Assembly: GCA_013265495.1 (NCBI GenBank)
Contig: MU058000.1
Coordinates: forward strand, 2,108,001 to 2,172,000
DNA: 64,000 bases
Reading direction: 5' to 3'
Source of the DNA: Vicugna vicugna
Taxonomy: Eukaryota
Shown: in pieces, positions 12,227-25,169 of the stretch
Layout of the letters: each line of letters opens with the position of its first letter
How positions within the stretch are numbered: position 1 is the first letter of the stretch
The notes under the pieces: model-generated
Told to the model about the DNA's origin: nothing
The model's input: only the letters and a program-made list of their open reading frames with translations
Database searches by the model: none
Program-made: the position numbers and the translations under genes

Positions 12227-12824
12227 TGCAAGGTGTCCCATCTATGGATTTCACTTGGGATCGTATTCAGTCTTTTCACTGGTGCTATTTTCCGTGTTAA
12301 TCTTGATGACTTTAAAATAGGTACTAAGAAAACTGTGGCTCAGGAAAGGGAACATAGTTGATCAAAGCGAGCAAATGGGAGAGATGAGACTGACACAAAT
12401 GACTCCGACTAAAGAACTCACTCCTATTATTTCAGTTTAAAGTTATCGTATTTGTACTTCCAAGTATTACTCTGTTACTTCGACGCTAAAATAAACTCCT
12501 CGTATGCTTTGCTTTTCATGCCTTTTTGAGGATGAAGGTCATTTTCTTGGGGATGTGTATTTTCGTTTTCACCCAAAGTCATTTTGATGCCTACTTACTA
12601 CAATTAACCATCCTTGTTAATATGACATTGGTTAATGTCATGGGGTACAAACTTATGGAGATTGGAACATTGAGTACTCCTGAGTATTTTATATCACATG
12701 CTTAGAGATTTAAATGATTGATTTTGATTTTTTAAATACATCTGGTTTAGGAAAAAGAAAAAAATACCCCCAAAAAAAGTACAATAAAGAAAAAGACAAA
12801 ACAATAGAAAATACAAAACACATC

Positions 12825-13650
12825 TGTATTTGTTTCCTGAGGCTGTCATAACAAATTATCTAAAATTTAGTGGTTAAAAACAAAAGAAATGTATTCTTTT
12901 ACAGTTCTGAGGCCAAACATCCAAAATCAGCAGGGCTGTGCTCGTGTAAGGGGCACTAGGAGAGAATCTGTTTCTTGCTTCTCATAGCTTCTGGTGGCTG
13001 CCACCAGTCTTGAGTGTGACAGTTAATTTTATGTCACCTTGACTGGGCCATGATGTCCAGATGTGGTCAAACATTTTTCCAGATGTTTCAGTGAGAGTGT
13101 TTCTGGATGAGAGTTACACTTAGAGAGATGGACTTGAGTAAAACAGTTGCTCTCAGTAAGGTGAGTGGCCCTTATCCAATCACGTTGAGGGCTTGAGTAG
13201 AATTTCCCTTGAGTCAGAGGAAATTCTGCCTGCGGACTTTATCCGTAATACAGGATTTTTTTCGTTCTCCAGCCTCCCCCGTTAGATTTTGGATGTGCCC
13301 AGCCTCTACAAGCACAACAGCCAATTCCTTAAAATAAATCTCTTCCTATATACACATCCTGTTGGTTCCGTTTCTCTAGAGAGTGCTAATACACTGGGCC
13401 ATGGCCTCACCCCTACAATCTCAGCCTCCCTCTTCCTAATACTTTCTCCCCTGTGTCTGGTCTCCCTCTGCCTCTCTCTTATAACGATGTTTGTGATGGC
13501 CTTTAGGGTCTACCCAGATATCCCAGGGTAATCTCTTCATCTCAGTATTCTTAATTTAATTTTATCTGCCAAGATCCTTGTTCTGAATAAGGCAGTACTT
13601 ACACATTCCTGAGATTAGGGCTTGATATCTTTGGTTGGCTACTGTTAAGT
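12825..13650 (-). mobile_element. MaLR LTR (MLT1C-like), split by an MLT2 insertion
   Basis: tgtatttgtttcctgaggctgtcataacaaattat...cagttctgaggcc at the left; resumes at 13394 with ctcttataa...gggtaatctcttcatctcag. Confidence 0.8.
13015..13393 (+). mobile_element. ERVL solo LTR (MLT2-like)
   Basis: Starts tgtgacagttaattttatgtcaccttgactgggcca, ends gtttctctagagagtgctaataca. Confidence 0.85.
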
Positions 13651-13921
13651 GTTCTGTAAGTATTAAGCAATGGAAGCCTATACTATAAAAAAGTTTAAAG
13701 GCCAACATTTTGAAAGGTCAGACTACTGTCTGTTGCTAGGACTCACTACAGTTTTGGACTTAACTTTGTCAGATGCTTTTTTGTTTTTGTTTTTGTTTTT
13801 CTGAATAGTTACTATCTTCCAGGTACAGGGTATATGTTCTTTTGTTTTTTCTCAGAACAAGTTAAGTCATAGTAGAAGAATCATACTTTCTGATTTTTTA
13901 CAAAGTAGTTCATTCAGGCGG

Positions 13922-14095
13922 CTGGGCGTAGTGGAAGATGCCTTGGATGGGAAAACAAAGACTTGTATGCTAGGCTGACTGTACACTAGCCAGCCGTGTG
14001 ATTTTGGGTAAGTCATTCACTTGACCTCATTTTCCTCTATAAAATGTGTCTATTTTCTTGTATAGTCTTTGTGGTACTTTATCATTCTAAACTTT
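13922..14095 (+). mobile_element. MIR SINE
   Basis: ccgtgtgattttgggtaagtcattcacttgacctcattttcctctataaaatg matches the MIR core. Confidence 0.7.
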
Positions 14096-15394
14096 TATGA
14101 ACTTGTGTCTATAACCCTCTCTCTTTTATGGTGATGTCTCTTGATGGCAGAATAGCTGATCCAGCTGTTTCTTGTTATCCATCTCACCTACATCCCAGGT
14201 TGTCTGAGTGAATTACTGGAATATTCTAAAAATGACTCAACAATTTGACATTTTAAAGGGGACAAATCATTTTGAAATACAACCAACATATGTTAAACAA
14301 TTGTAACCCATTTAACATAACACTTTGTGTCGAACTGAAACAGTATATGTCTTAGGTCATTATTAAAGTATCAAACCACAGATGATAAATTCTTCACGCT
14401 GGATGTATTATAATTTGCAAGTAAAATAATCAGATTGTGTATTAACAATATGACAAAAGTTTAGTTTTTTTTTTCTTATCAGCTGTTGTACACAAAAGTA
14501 AGTTTTCAAAAAGACATACATAAATATCATGAATCTTTTCAAAATTTCTACAGTTAGCCATATCTGTTGCCTAATTTGCATGATGAGAATTTAGAAGTCA
14601 AATGCTGTTCTTTATTTTACACAAGTGTCAGGTGCAAACAGCCAGTCATTAAACGATGTTGATGGTAAGAGTATGGATGATGACTACAGTGCTGAAAACT
14701 AGGAAGTTAACATTATTTTGTGATGATGTTAAAATTATCCAGATTTTAATAGTCTTAATGATGTGTCTGAAATTGTAGTGGTGCGTTGATAAAGGATAAT
14801 CCCTCAGAGCTATTTTAAGTGTTTGCTTTTGAGGCCACCCAAAAACTAATTCAGAAGACTTGACGAAATACTTGAAGTTTTCATGAGCAGCATTTCAAGA
14901 AGAGATTCTGAGGGCATAGGATATAGCTTTATCTTATTCAAATATCCCTTGAATGTTTCCTTAGTATGTACTGTTGTTTTCAATAGGTAGCAGTCAGGTT
15001 ATGAAGAATTGAGTTTAAAAATCAGTAATGATAAAATAACTTTTGTTTTTAGGAAAACATTTTAAATGTATCTTGTACTGTTTTTCCACACCGTACACTT
15101 TTGTTTGTTCTTATTTTGAGTACTGATGACCTGCAAGTGTGTTTGCCGCTCATGCTTCTTAAGGGTGGTCTCTACCAGAATACGTGAGATTCAGTTGCTT
15201 AGTGTAGATGTTTTAGATGGGCACATTGTCAGTATAATCAAACCAGTTTATGAAGATCTAGAATATGTGAACGACAGGAATGTACATGTGAGGAAAGGAG
15301 ATCAAACTTTCAAAATAGTCTGTAAAGTAAGAGAGATCTATGTTTTCCTTGACTCCTTTCAGAAAGTCAGTAATGTGTGATGTTTACGAGTGGA

Positions 15395-15570
15395 AGTGAG
15401 GAAGGCTTCAGATAATCTCAGCATTGCAGCTGATGCCAAGTGGAGCTGAGAGGACCTCTCTTTGCCAAAGCCTGCTAAAATGCAGATTAATTAATAAAAT
15501 AATTGTTGCTATTGTTTTAAGCCACATATTTTGTGATAATTTCTTATATAGCCTTAGTAATTGGAATAGT
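15395..15570 (+). mobile_element. MaLR LTR 3' fragment (MLT1G/H-like)
   Basis: aataaaataattgttgctattgttttaagccac...ttttgtgataatttcttatatagc is a typical MLT1 3' end. Confidence 0.65.
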
Positions 15571-15623
15571 AGGCAACACAGATAAATTGTAAATTTAAAA
15601 GTGCTTACAAAAATATAAGGGAA

Positions 15624-16147
15624 TGTGATGGTTAATTTTATGTGTCAACTTGACTGGGTTCAAGGATGGTCAGATAGCAAAATGCTATTTGTGGGTGTGT
15701 CTGCGGAAGTGTTTCTGGAAGAGATTAGTATTTAGGACTGAATAAAGATCTATCACACCAGTGCAGGGGGGCATCATGCATCCCATCAAGGGCTTGAACA
15801 GAACAAAAAGGCAGAGGAAGGCGAACTTACTCTCTTGGCTTGAGCTGGGACGTTGACCTTCTTTTGCCTTTGAGCATCAGTGTTCCTGGTTCTTGAGCCT
15901 TCAGACTCAGACTGCACTTGCATCATTGACTTCCTTGCTTCTCAGGACTTTGACTTTGGACTGGAGTTAGACCTCAGCTCCCCTGGTTCTCTGGCCTTCA
16001 GACTTGGGTCTCCAGCTTGCAGACGGCCAGTCATGGGACTTCTTGGCCTCCGTAACTGTGTGAGCCAGTTCCTAAAATAGTTCTCCTTTTAAAAATCCTC
16101 TGTATATCCCGTTGGTTCTGTTTCTCTGGAGAACCCTGACTAATACA
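15624..16147 (+). mobile_element. Complete ERVL solo LTR (MLT2-like) with 5-bp TSD
   Basis: tgtgatggttaattttatgtgtcaacttgact ... gtttctctggagaaccctgactaataca; flanks gggaa / gggag. Confidence 0.92.
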
Positions 16148-16229
16148 GGGAGTAATGCATAAGTCTACCCAGGCCTAGGTAATGACGGGTTTTAAAGAAA
16201 GATGTGAAAACTGGTGGGCACCTGCACTT

Positions 16230-17000
16230 AAATCAGCAGGAGAGAGCTCAAGTTTGGGAATCTGGCATCTCTAGTTTTAAATTTTAGCTCCATTCTTACC
16301 TTAACAGGTAATTGTGTGTACATTGTCTTTCTTTGCTTTGCTTGAATTTCCTTGGGCAAGGGGTCTGGCCTAGAAATAGAATATACCTCCTAGAATTGAT
16401 GAGGATAAAAACAGGTAATAGAACAGAGTAAAGCCTTGATAAATGCCAGCTATTATTCTAATTCACTCACTGCAAATGTTTAGCAAATGTGCTCTATGTT
16501 TCAGGTACTTCAGGTGGCCATGAAATACACTGGCAGGCATAGCGCCTGCCCTGTGGACCTTAGGCTGTCCGCACAAAGACCTGTTGTTCTGCTTGTTTGT
16601 TTGTGTCAGTTCTAGCCTGGTATTAGCTTATATTATTTGGGTTTTTTTCCTAATTATCTAAATCTTGTTTAACCTTCCCCTTGTTACCTTCTTCCTATGT
16701 CCCCTTAACGATAATGATCTGTTCAGAAGGCAGGTCTGAGTATATATTTTAAGTCTTTAGCCACTCCCCTCCCATAAACTTCAGTAAACATCTATGTACA
16801 ACTCTTTCTGATCTTGTTTCTACAAGATCCTTTCATTCTTTTTTCCATTCATGCATTTAGGAAACATTGCTGAGCTTCTATCAAACATTGTGGCACTGTG
16901 GACATGCTGGGAATCATTGCTGAGCAAGACAGCATAGCTCCTGCCTTCATGGCACTTACACTCTATCAGGGACAGCTGAAGGATAATAATTCTCTTATGA
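16230..17000. mobile_element. MIR and L2 fragments
   Basis: MIR-like 16230-16460; antisense L2 3' ends at ~16460-16570 and ~16840-17000 (cattcatgcatttaggaaacattgctgagc...ctgccttcatggcacttacactcta). Confidence 0.55.
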
Positions 17001-17110
17001 TTAAAATGATCTGGGAGGACAAAAATCAGTGTTTCTGGGGAAAAGATGTTCACTTTGAGATTCAAGGATCAGTACACGTTACATGTCGTTGTCGTCTGCT
17101 AATATTAACC

Positions 17111-17471
17111 TGCCTTGGTCCATTCAGTCTGCTATAACAAAATTCTCCAGACAAGGGGGAATAACCCTAGAAATTTATTTATAACCAACAGAAATTTATT
17201 TCTCACAGTTCTGGAAGCTGGAAGTCCAAGATCAGTGTGTCAACGTGGTTGTGTGAGCACCCTCTCCCTGGTGCAGAGCCAGCACCTGCTCACTGTGCCC
17301 TCACATGCTGGCAAAGGCTGCCTGTCTCTCTGGAGCCTCTTACATAAGGCATAAATCTCATTCATAAGTGTTCCACCCTGATGACCTAAGTATCTCCCAA
17401 AGGTCCCACCTACTAATATCAAGATTCCAACATACGAATTTTGGAGGAACACAAACATTCAGACCATAGTA
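17111..17471 (-). mobile_element. MaLR solo LTR (MLT1A-like) with 5-bp TSD
   Basis: cagaaatttatttctcacagttctggaagctggaagtccaagatc ... gaattttggaggaacacaaacattcagaccatag; flanks taacc / taact. Confidence 0.9.
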
Positions 17472-18607
17472 TAACTATCTTATCAACTTCTCCCCAGCAA
17501 GGCCAGAGAGCTTGCAGCATTGAGCTAACTCAAGACCCTGAGTTACTTCATGGCTCACTCTTCTCCTTGTAATTCAGCCTCTCTCTATTTTATTCTGACC
17601 AATGTCTACTCTTTCGATTCTGCATTCACCTTGGGCAGCTAACTTCAGATGTCTTCTACTTGACCTTGCACACATTACAGTAATAAGCACATCACATATT
17701 ACCACATGGGCTGGGATGAGTCACATTTATCTCTCCATTATTCCATTGTCTGTTCCTGAAGGATAGGCTCTTTGTTTTAAATTTCTTTGTGTTCTCGGTA
17801 CTGTCTCTGGAACGCAGTATGTTCTCATTAGAAGTTTTTTTTTTTAAGTGAATAAATGCTTAATTCTCCACAGTTAAATTTAATGCTGAATAGCAAATTG
17901 AGTTTGTCTTTCTCATAAATTATTCACTTACTCAAGTTCCCTATAGAATGGAACAATTATAGAGAAACACTTGACGACATCCTTTATAACACAGAACTAC
18001 ATTAACTCATATACTCAGAGGCAGTAATTTATAATCTGTTTTCTTTTCATATGAAATATGGTGAAAGTAACCTTCTAAAGCAAAATAATGTCAAACATTT
18101 GGTTTTGGAATGAAACATGTATAAAGGAAATTGACTATCTGGAAAAACTGGTATTTCACTGATTGTGCTGCCTTTTCTGAGGGGACTGGGAGCGGGGAAA
18201 GGAAATCATTTTTCCTTAATATGGTCTTGTCAGGATTTTCTGTAAGTGTTATGCATGTTTTATCAGTTTAAGATGGCAGGGGAGTGGGGAGTGGGGAAGG
18301 GAAGGTCAAAATCACAAAATCTGCTACAATTTGATTTGCAGCTATTTTTTTTAAATTTGCCAACTGTTCACATTTTTCTATGAACTTTTTTATAAAAGAA
18401 AAATACAGTTTTTCACAGCTGTCATTGGATAATTTGATTTATTAGTGCCGCTGAATAATAAGCAACCAGATTCACACTGAGCATTCTACTGCAATTAGTA
18501 TTTTAGTGAAAATGGCTTGTGTCTGGGTCTCTGACACCCCACTGCCTACTGACATGTCCATTTCAAGATATTCAGGGTTGGCTGTGATTTGCTCTTTTCC
18601 AAGGGTA

Positions 18608-19505
18608 TTTTTTTTAAAGACTTTACTTCTTTAGAGCAGTTTTGGATCCACAGAAAAAATTGACAGGATGGTACAGAATTTCCTGTATACTTCCTGCCCC
18701 TGCATATGCACAGCCTCCCCATTTATCCCCCATCTGAGTGGTACATTTATTACAATTGATGAGCCTACATTGACACATCATTACCATCCAAATACATTAG
18801 GTTCACTCTTGGTGTTGTACATTCTATGGGTTTGCACAAATGTATAATTACATGTATCCATTATTATGACATCATACAGAGTAGTTTCACTGCCTTAAAA
18901 ATCCTCTGTGCTCCATCTGTTCATCCCTCCTCCATAACTCTGGGAACCTCTGATCTTTTTACTATCTTCTTAATTTCACTTTTTTGAGAATGTCATGTAG
19001 CTGGAATCATACATAGAATATATAGCCTTTCCAAGTTGGCTTTTCTCACTTAGTAATAAACACTTAAGTTTCCTCCATGTATTTTCATAGCTTAGTAGCT
19101 CATTTGCTTTTAGCGCTGAATAATATTTCATTAGATGTAGCATAGTTTATTTATCCATTCATCTACTGAAGAACATCCTGGTTGCTTCCAGGTTTTGAGA
19201 GTTATGAATAAACCTGGTATAAATATCCATATGATGGATTTTGTGTAGATGCAAGTTTTCAGCTCCTTTGATATCAAAGAGCATAGTTGCAGGCTCATAA
19301 GGTAAGAGTATATCTAGAAACCCCAAAACTGTCTTCAAAATTGGCTGCATAATACATAAAAATACACTTTTGCACTCTCCCAACAATGAATGAGAGTGCT
19401 TCTTGCTTCACATCCTTACCATGATTTCGTGTTGTCAGTGTTCAGGATTTTGGCCATTTTTATCAATGTGTAGTGGTATTTCACTGCTATTTTACTTCAC
19501 ATGTC
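18608..19505 (-). mobile_element. LINE-1 3' end (L1MC1/2-like)
   Basis: tagagcagttttggatccacag...gtggtacatttattacaattgatgagcctacattgacacatcatt...ggttcactcttggtgttgtacattctatgggttt. Confidence 0.85.
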
Positions 19506-19959
19506 CCCAATAAAATGAAAATGAAATTGTACACTGGCTGTAAAATTCATAATGGAAATAATATAATAATTACAAAAGATTATTTTAATACAGAAACAGT
19601 TGGGGGTTTGAATTAATGCTTGTCAACCTAAATGATCAAGTTGACAATAGATACGTGCATGAATCACCCTCATCCCTTTTTTAACCTGAGGAAACTTACA
19701 CCTGAAGAAGTTATTTAACTTGACCCATGATTATAGTTATTAAGGTGACAAAACCGAGATTTGAAACTCTTTCTGACTCTAGATCTTGATCATTGAAACC
19801 GTTAACCTCTGTCCCATATAGAATCTTCAAGGACAGTGGTTATTTCCATTTTTTACTTTATACAATCAACGTCTAATTTAGAGTTTGGCATACTTATGTA
19901 GAGAAAAGCTCAGTAAACTCTTATTGAGCTAAATCACATTTTAAAATGTGAAAAGAAAA

Positions 19960-20345
19960 AATGCATTTCTTTCTTTCCAATTCTTATATTTTTTGCTCTT
20001 ATTGTTTTTTTTCCCTATTATATATTTAAACTTCAGTAAAATTTTGAATAATCCTGAAGCATTAAGTGTAAATCCTTGCTTTGTGGATTACTCTTAAGGC
20101 AATGCTTCTAATACTCCATCTCTAAGTAGGAAATTTGCTATATGTTTTTGCTGGAAGTCTTTTATTGGTGTAAGAAAGTTACCTTTAATAAATATTTTAT
20201 AGGAATTGTGTTTGTTTCAGTCATAAATGAGTGCTAAATCATAAAACAGGTCTCTGTATCTATTAAAATGACTCTGTAGCTATTAGTTTTCTCTTAAGTG
20301 TGTTAATACCATTAAGTCCATTGATATATTACCTAACATTTAACA
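19960..20345 (-). mobile_element. Old LINE-1 ORF2 fragment
   Basis: atccttgc...aaggcaatgcttctaatactccatctctaagtagg...ttgcatcattggtataa, degenerate antisense L1. Confidence 0.5.
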
Positions 20346-21317
20346 AACTTTGCATCATTGGTATAAGTTCTAAGTGGAATGGGAGCAGATTCTGCTCTTT
20401 GGCAGTCTCAGCTAAGTAATTGCAGAGAATTGACCTCCATTTATCCCCCCTTTCAAATGTTCCTTCCCCCTCCAGTACCCTTGGGAAAACTTGAGTGTGG
20501 AAGATGTGCTCCCTAACACCTGGGGCCTTTCCCTGCACAAGCATTGCTGCTCTCCTTCAGCATTCAGATCCCACCACTGGCATCCTTGGTGTGGTTTCAG
20601 AGCCATTTTAGCCCCAGTGGACTGTCAGGGCTACGCTGGCTTTCTACTGTCCCTGGTGCCTGCACACTCAGGGCTTCCTCTCCCCATATTCCTTGGTCCC
20701 AGGCACCCGATGACCTTTACAACATTACATTTCATTTACCGTTGTCACTTGCCTGCACCATCAGGGCTTTTCCTCCCTTGATGCTCTTTATGGGCCAGTC
20801 AGGATGCCCACAGCCGCCAAACAATGCTTCCTAATCCTCTCAAACAAGGTCTTGACTGTTCTCCATTGATAGAGAAATAGCTTCCCCTTCTCTGTGCTTT
20901 GGTCTTTGGATGGAACGCCACCCAGAAAACATCTTAGATTCCCAAGAATTAAAGGTCTTTTACCGGTTCCCTCTCTGTAGGATATGTAAAACTCTTCAGG
21001 GCCTCTGGGTCATTGGTGGGTTCAAGGAATTTCCTCAAACATCAGGTACTCTTGTTTAGTCTTATTTATGGATTGTCCCCTCTACCCTGCCTCTCTGTGA
21101 TTTGCTTCTGTCACTCAGCTTTACCCACACAAGACGTGTATTAATACTAAGTGTGTAAAGAGTACATGATCTTTCCAAGGGGGTCTGCTTGTCTATATGA
21201 ATTTTTGTATACCAGTAAGTGCTTCCTGGAAGAGGAAAAGGAAAGAGTTATCTAAGTTAACTTGCCAGGCATATGTGAATTGATATTCTACTCAGTTAGG
21301 GTGTATATCAGTGAGGT

Positions 21318-21352
21318 GTGAGTGTGTGTGTGTGTGTGAGAGAGAGAGAGAA
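21318..21352. repeat. Compound (GT)n(GA)n microsatellite
   Basis: Direct observation. Confidence 0.9.
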
Positions 21353-21439
21353 AGAGACGAAATGCATGGCAGCATACAACACGATCTAGTATATATGTGT
21401 GTGTATATATAAATATTTTAATGTTAATTCTCTAAGTCA

Positions 21440-21680
21440 TAAGTCCTCAAATGGAGATGATTTTTACCTGCCCTTCCGCTACCAAGGGGATATTTAGCAA
21501 TTATTTGGAGACATTTTTAAATCCGTGACTAGAAGAGGGTGATGTATCAGCAGGTGGAGGCCTCTAGCAGGTAGAGTAAGAGATACTGTTGCACATCCTC
21601 TGAAACACAGGCTTGTCCCCTCTTCCCAGGTCAAAGCACCATCCAGTCCAAAATGCCAATCACAGCAAGGCTGAACACTT
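21440..21680 (+). mobile_element. MER20 (hAT-Charlie MITE)
   Basis: gggatatttagcaattatttggagacattttt...ggtagagtaagagatactgttgcacatcct...ccagtccaaaatgccaat...aaggctga follows the MER20 consensus. Confidence 0.8.
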
Positions 21681-22283
21681 ATTCTGAGTGAGCTGCAGGT
21701 TTTCTCACACATCTTTAGAGTTTTGTAATCCTCAAATATATACTGAGCATTAGCAACATACTAAAATGTACACGTGGCTCCTTCTTTGTTGGAGTTAATT
21801 GTCTGGAATGAGACGGAGCCCTCAGTCACTCAGTGGGGTTTAGAATAATGGGGCTGCAATGCAGTGGGATACAGTATTCACTGGAAACATGAAGGAGGAA
21901 ATATTCAAGAGTCCTAAACAAGTTAAAGAGCACTTTTTCATTTGTTCTTTAAGTCATTATTTTATAGCAAAACCTCATTAAGGCAGTGTTGTTTTATCCT
22001 AAATAGCATGATTCAAAGAAAATTGTACTCCTTAGCCAACTAAATGTAACACTGTTAGATAATAAATAGATGTGATAAGCCAAACCAGCTCCCCTCCCCA
22101 TTCATCCTCCTTCTGCTCTTACACCATCTTATGCATTTGTCCTTAAAGTTTGGAATGAGTTTTTAGTCTTAATTCAGAGGAAATAAACACATTTTGGTTT
22201 TAGTTTGGAAAATATACTTCTTGTAAATCTAAGTTATAAGATTCTTCTGTTATTCATTTTTTCTCGTTTATGTTCAGGGAAAT

Positions 22284-22332
22284 TCTCTGTCTCTGTCTCT
22301 GTCTCTCTGTCTCTCTGTCTCTCTGTCTCTCT
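22284..22332. repeat. (CTCTGT)n-like microsatellite
   Basis: Direct observation. Confidence 0.9.
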
Positions 22333-23224
22333 TACAATGACATTAACATCTGTTTACATTGACAATAAATAGCAGGCATCTGCAGGGATGAAGATACACT
22401 GATATGTTTTCAAACTTCTTGACTTTTCTCCTAGTATTTGATCTGCATAATGTGCACTTTCTGCTATGATCCAATTAATCTCAAACACGATACCAGGCAT
22501 GTTGACTGTTTGGTTTTAATTTAGTAGGTTGTAACTAGTGGTATTTTCTCCTTCAGTACTGCTCTGCACCCATAAATTATTTGGTAGCAATTATCCTTTA
22601 AAATGCATCCAAATGCTTTGCGCTTGCTTCTTGAATTCCAAGTAAGCCTTCGGTTAAGAGACTCCTAAGAACTTATTCTAATGTTCTTTTTGTCCCTTCC
22701 TCTAACAGAAAGCTCTGTGGATGAATTTTTGTTTTTGGCTTTGCAGTGCATGTAATTTGAGGAGTGCTACAAGCTGGTGTCACCAAAAAGAACTCCATCT
22801 GTGTACAGTTCCATACCTTCATCCTTTGCAAATTAAAAATATATATTTATGGTCTTAAAATTCAAAACTCCCTGATAACATTTAGTTTATCAGGTAAGCT
22901 AATCCATTGAAATTTAAAAGAATCAAAATTGAGGATTGTTGGAAACCTGGTTAGGTGCTGTAAGTCTTTGATGTGTGGGCCATAGACAATACTGTTTATA
23001 TAAATGGATGAACCTATAAAAAAGTCAATGGGATGAAATAGGAAGAATGAAAGGGAGTTTCATCAACAGTCTTGTCTTTGAATCTTCAGTGTGTCTCATA
23101 AATTGCATTGCTGTAGCTCCCTCACCTCTCTGATCATGAAGGTCCTTCCTTGCAAAAGGGGTGATATTCTTACCTTGAAGGGTTGTCAGTTTTGTGCTGA
23201 TGAAAAGTAAAGTAATAATAATTT

Positions 23225-23410
23225 TGCTACAACTTTTCTGAGCTCGTTACTTGCACTATCTCATTTAATTCTCACAAGCTATTAATATATACAAGAAATG
23301 AAACTACAGAGAGATTAGGTAATTTGCCTCTCGTCTGCACAGCCATTAAGAGGTAGCGTAGAGCAAATCCAAGCAGTGTGGGTCAGAGCCTATGTTTACA
23401 ACTACCAGAT
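23225..23410 (-). mobile_element. MIR SINE
   Basis: tctcatttaattctcacaa...gaaatgaaactacagagagattaggtaatttgcc. Confidence 0.7.
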
Positions 23411-24452
23411 GTATAACAGACATTAAGTAAATGTTACACACAATTACTGAGAGAAAGTAGCATATATATTTAAGTTATGTGTTTAAAATTTATAGTGGGA
23501 AGATTATTTAGTATAACCTCACAGCCTGAAATACTGCAGTCAACTTAATTTCTTCTTTTTTTTTCCTTGCACGTTATGGCCAAATATACTAGAAAATCCT
23601 GGCCTAGGTGCCCCATCCACTGCAACTGCTATTAACTATAGAAGTAAGTTGATAGTTAAACCTGTGTTAGAATGGATGACTAAAGTGAGTCTTGTGCCAG
23701 TGTTCCTCTGAGCACTGGCTTCAGCATTGGTTCCCAAACTAAATTTGCTTTCCCTAACTATCCGAATCAGTTGTGTGAATGGCACCATATCTTCACAATA
23801 ATAGCACAACTTTGCTCTTGATTTTAATTAGCTAAGCATAAAGTAGCTGGCAGGGCAATCAAACAGATGGAAAATTGATACCACACTGGCCCAACTGTTA
23901 AAGACCATCACGCAGAGATTACTCCTGTTTTCCCCTCTCCTCTTGAAAATAAAAATATTTCTTCATGAAATGCTCAGCAGACCTTGTTGATCTTCTCTGA
24001 TTTCAAGTAGTGCATGAACAATAGCACTGAGGCAAGCCTGCAGTGGTCTATATAACACCTGCTCACAAGCTTGGTAACACAACACGCCTGTCATCTCAAG
24101 AAATTTCAGAGTTGTGTGTTTTCACATAGCTAATGAGCCTTGTAATATTTCTGTAAATAGTGTAATTGAAAAATGGTAAATTAAAAAAAAATTACCATAA
24201 AAGGCATCATTGGATGGTGCAGAATAAGTCTATACACAGTATTCCAAGGAGCCTTACTGGATGGAACTCATTAAGTTTGTAAATCTACCAAGAACCAGGC
24301 TCTGGCCCTCATATTTGTAATGTCAGTAATTTTATATTTTAGCACTGAAGTTTATTGTACAGGGAAGAATTAAACTAATCAATATCACATGGGTAATATG
24401 GTGATTTATTAATGTACAGTGAAAGACCTACAGGAAACTGTAGACTCTAATA

Positions 24453-24784
24453 CAGGGGTCGGCGAATTTTTCCGTAAAGGCTCAGATAGCTAGTAAATGT
24501 TTTAGGGTTTGTGATCCCAGTCATCTCTGTTGCAGTTCCTCAACCCTGCTCTTGTAGTAGGGAAGTAGACATAAGCAACACATAAAGCAATGATCCAAGC
24601 TGAGTTTCTATACAGTTTATTTATGGACACAGAAATTTGAATGCTATGTAATTTTCACATGGTGTGAAATATAATTCTTATTTTGTTTCTGTTTTCCAAC
24701 CATTTAAAAAGGTAAAAATGATTCTTAGCTCATGGACTATATAAAAAAAAAAGAAGTAGGCCTTCCTTAGTCAGCTGACCCCTT
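24453..24784 (+). mobile_element. MER58B-like hAT-Charlie MITE with 8-bp TSD
   Basis: Terminal inverted repeats caggggtcggc ... gctgacccctt; TSD ctctaata (24445-24452) / ctctaatg (24785-24792). Confidence 0.88.
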
Positions 24785-25169
24785 CTCTAATGTAAGTCAA
24801 CCAATTCACCTACTAATGTGGTGACTACAGAATTTACTGTTTAAAACGGGACACTTTAGAGTGACAGGATGCTCTAAAATAAAATCATATGTGCTTTGAA
24901 ATATGTTATTAATTACTGTTTTTCAGTAATGCTGTTTTATTACAGTAATACTGCTTGTGTTACTGTTTATATAGTATTACAAACCATTTCATTGTAGCCG
25001 TACTATGATAGAGCTACACCTTTCTCCAGTACAACATTATTTCCAGAACAAATGGAAAGGTGACAAAATAAATAACAAATAAACAAACATTATCTTTCTT
25101 TTGATTGGCTGGCAAGTAAAATATAATTTATGTTGAGTAAATATTCTTGGTGTGTAGTCCTGATGTCAT

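Noticed and set aside
12622..12641. Short hairpin atgacatt-ggtt-aatgtcat
   Set aside because: An 8-bp stem is expected by chance and is too short for a pre-miRNA
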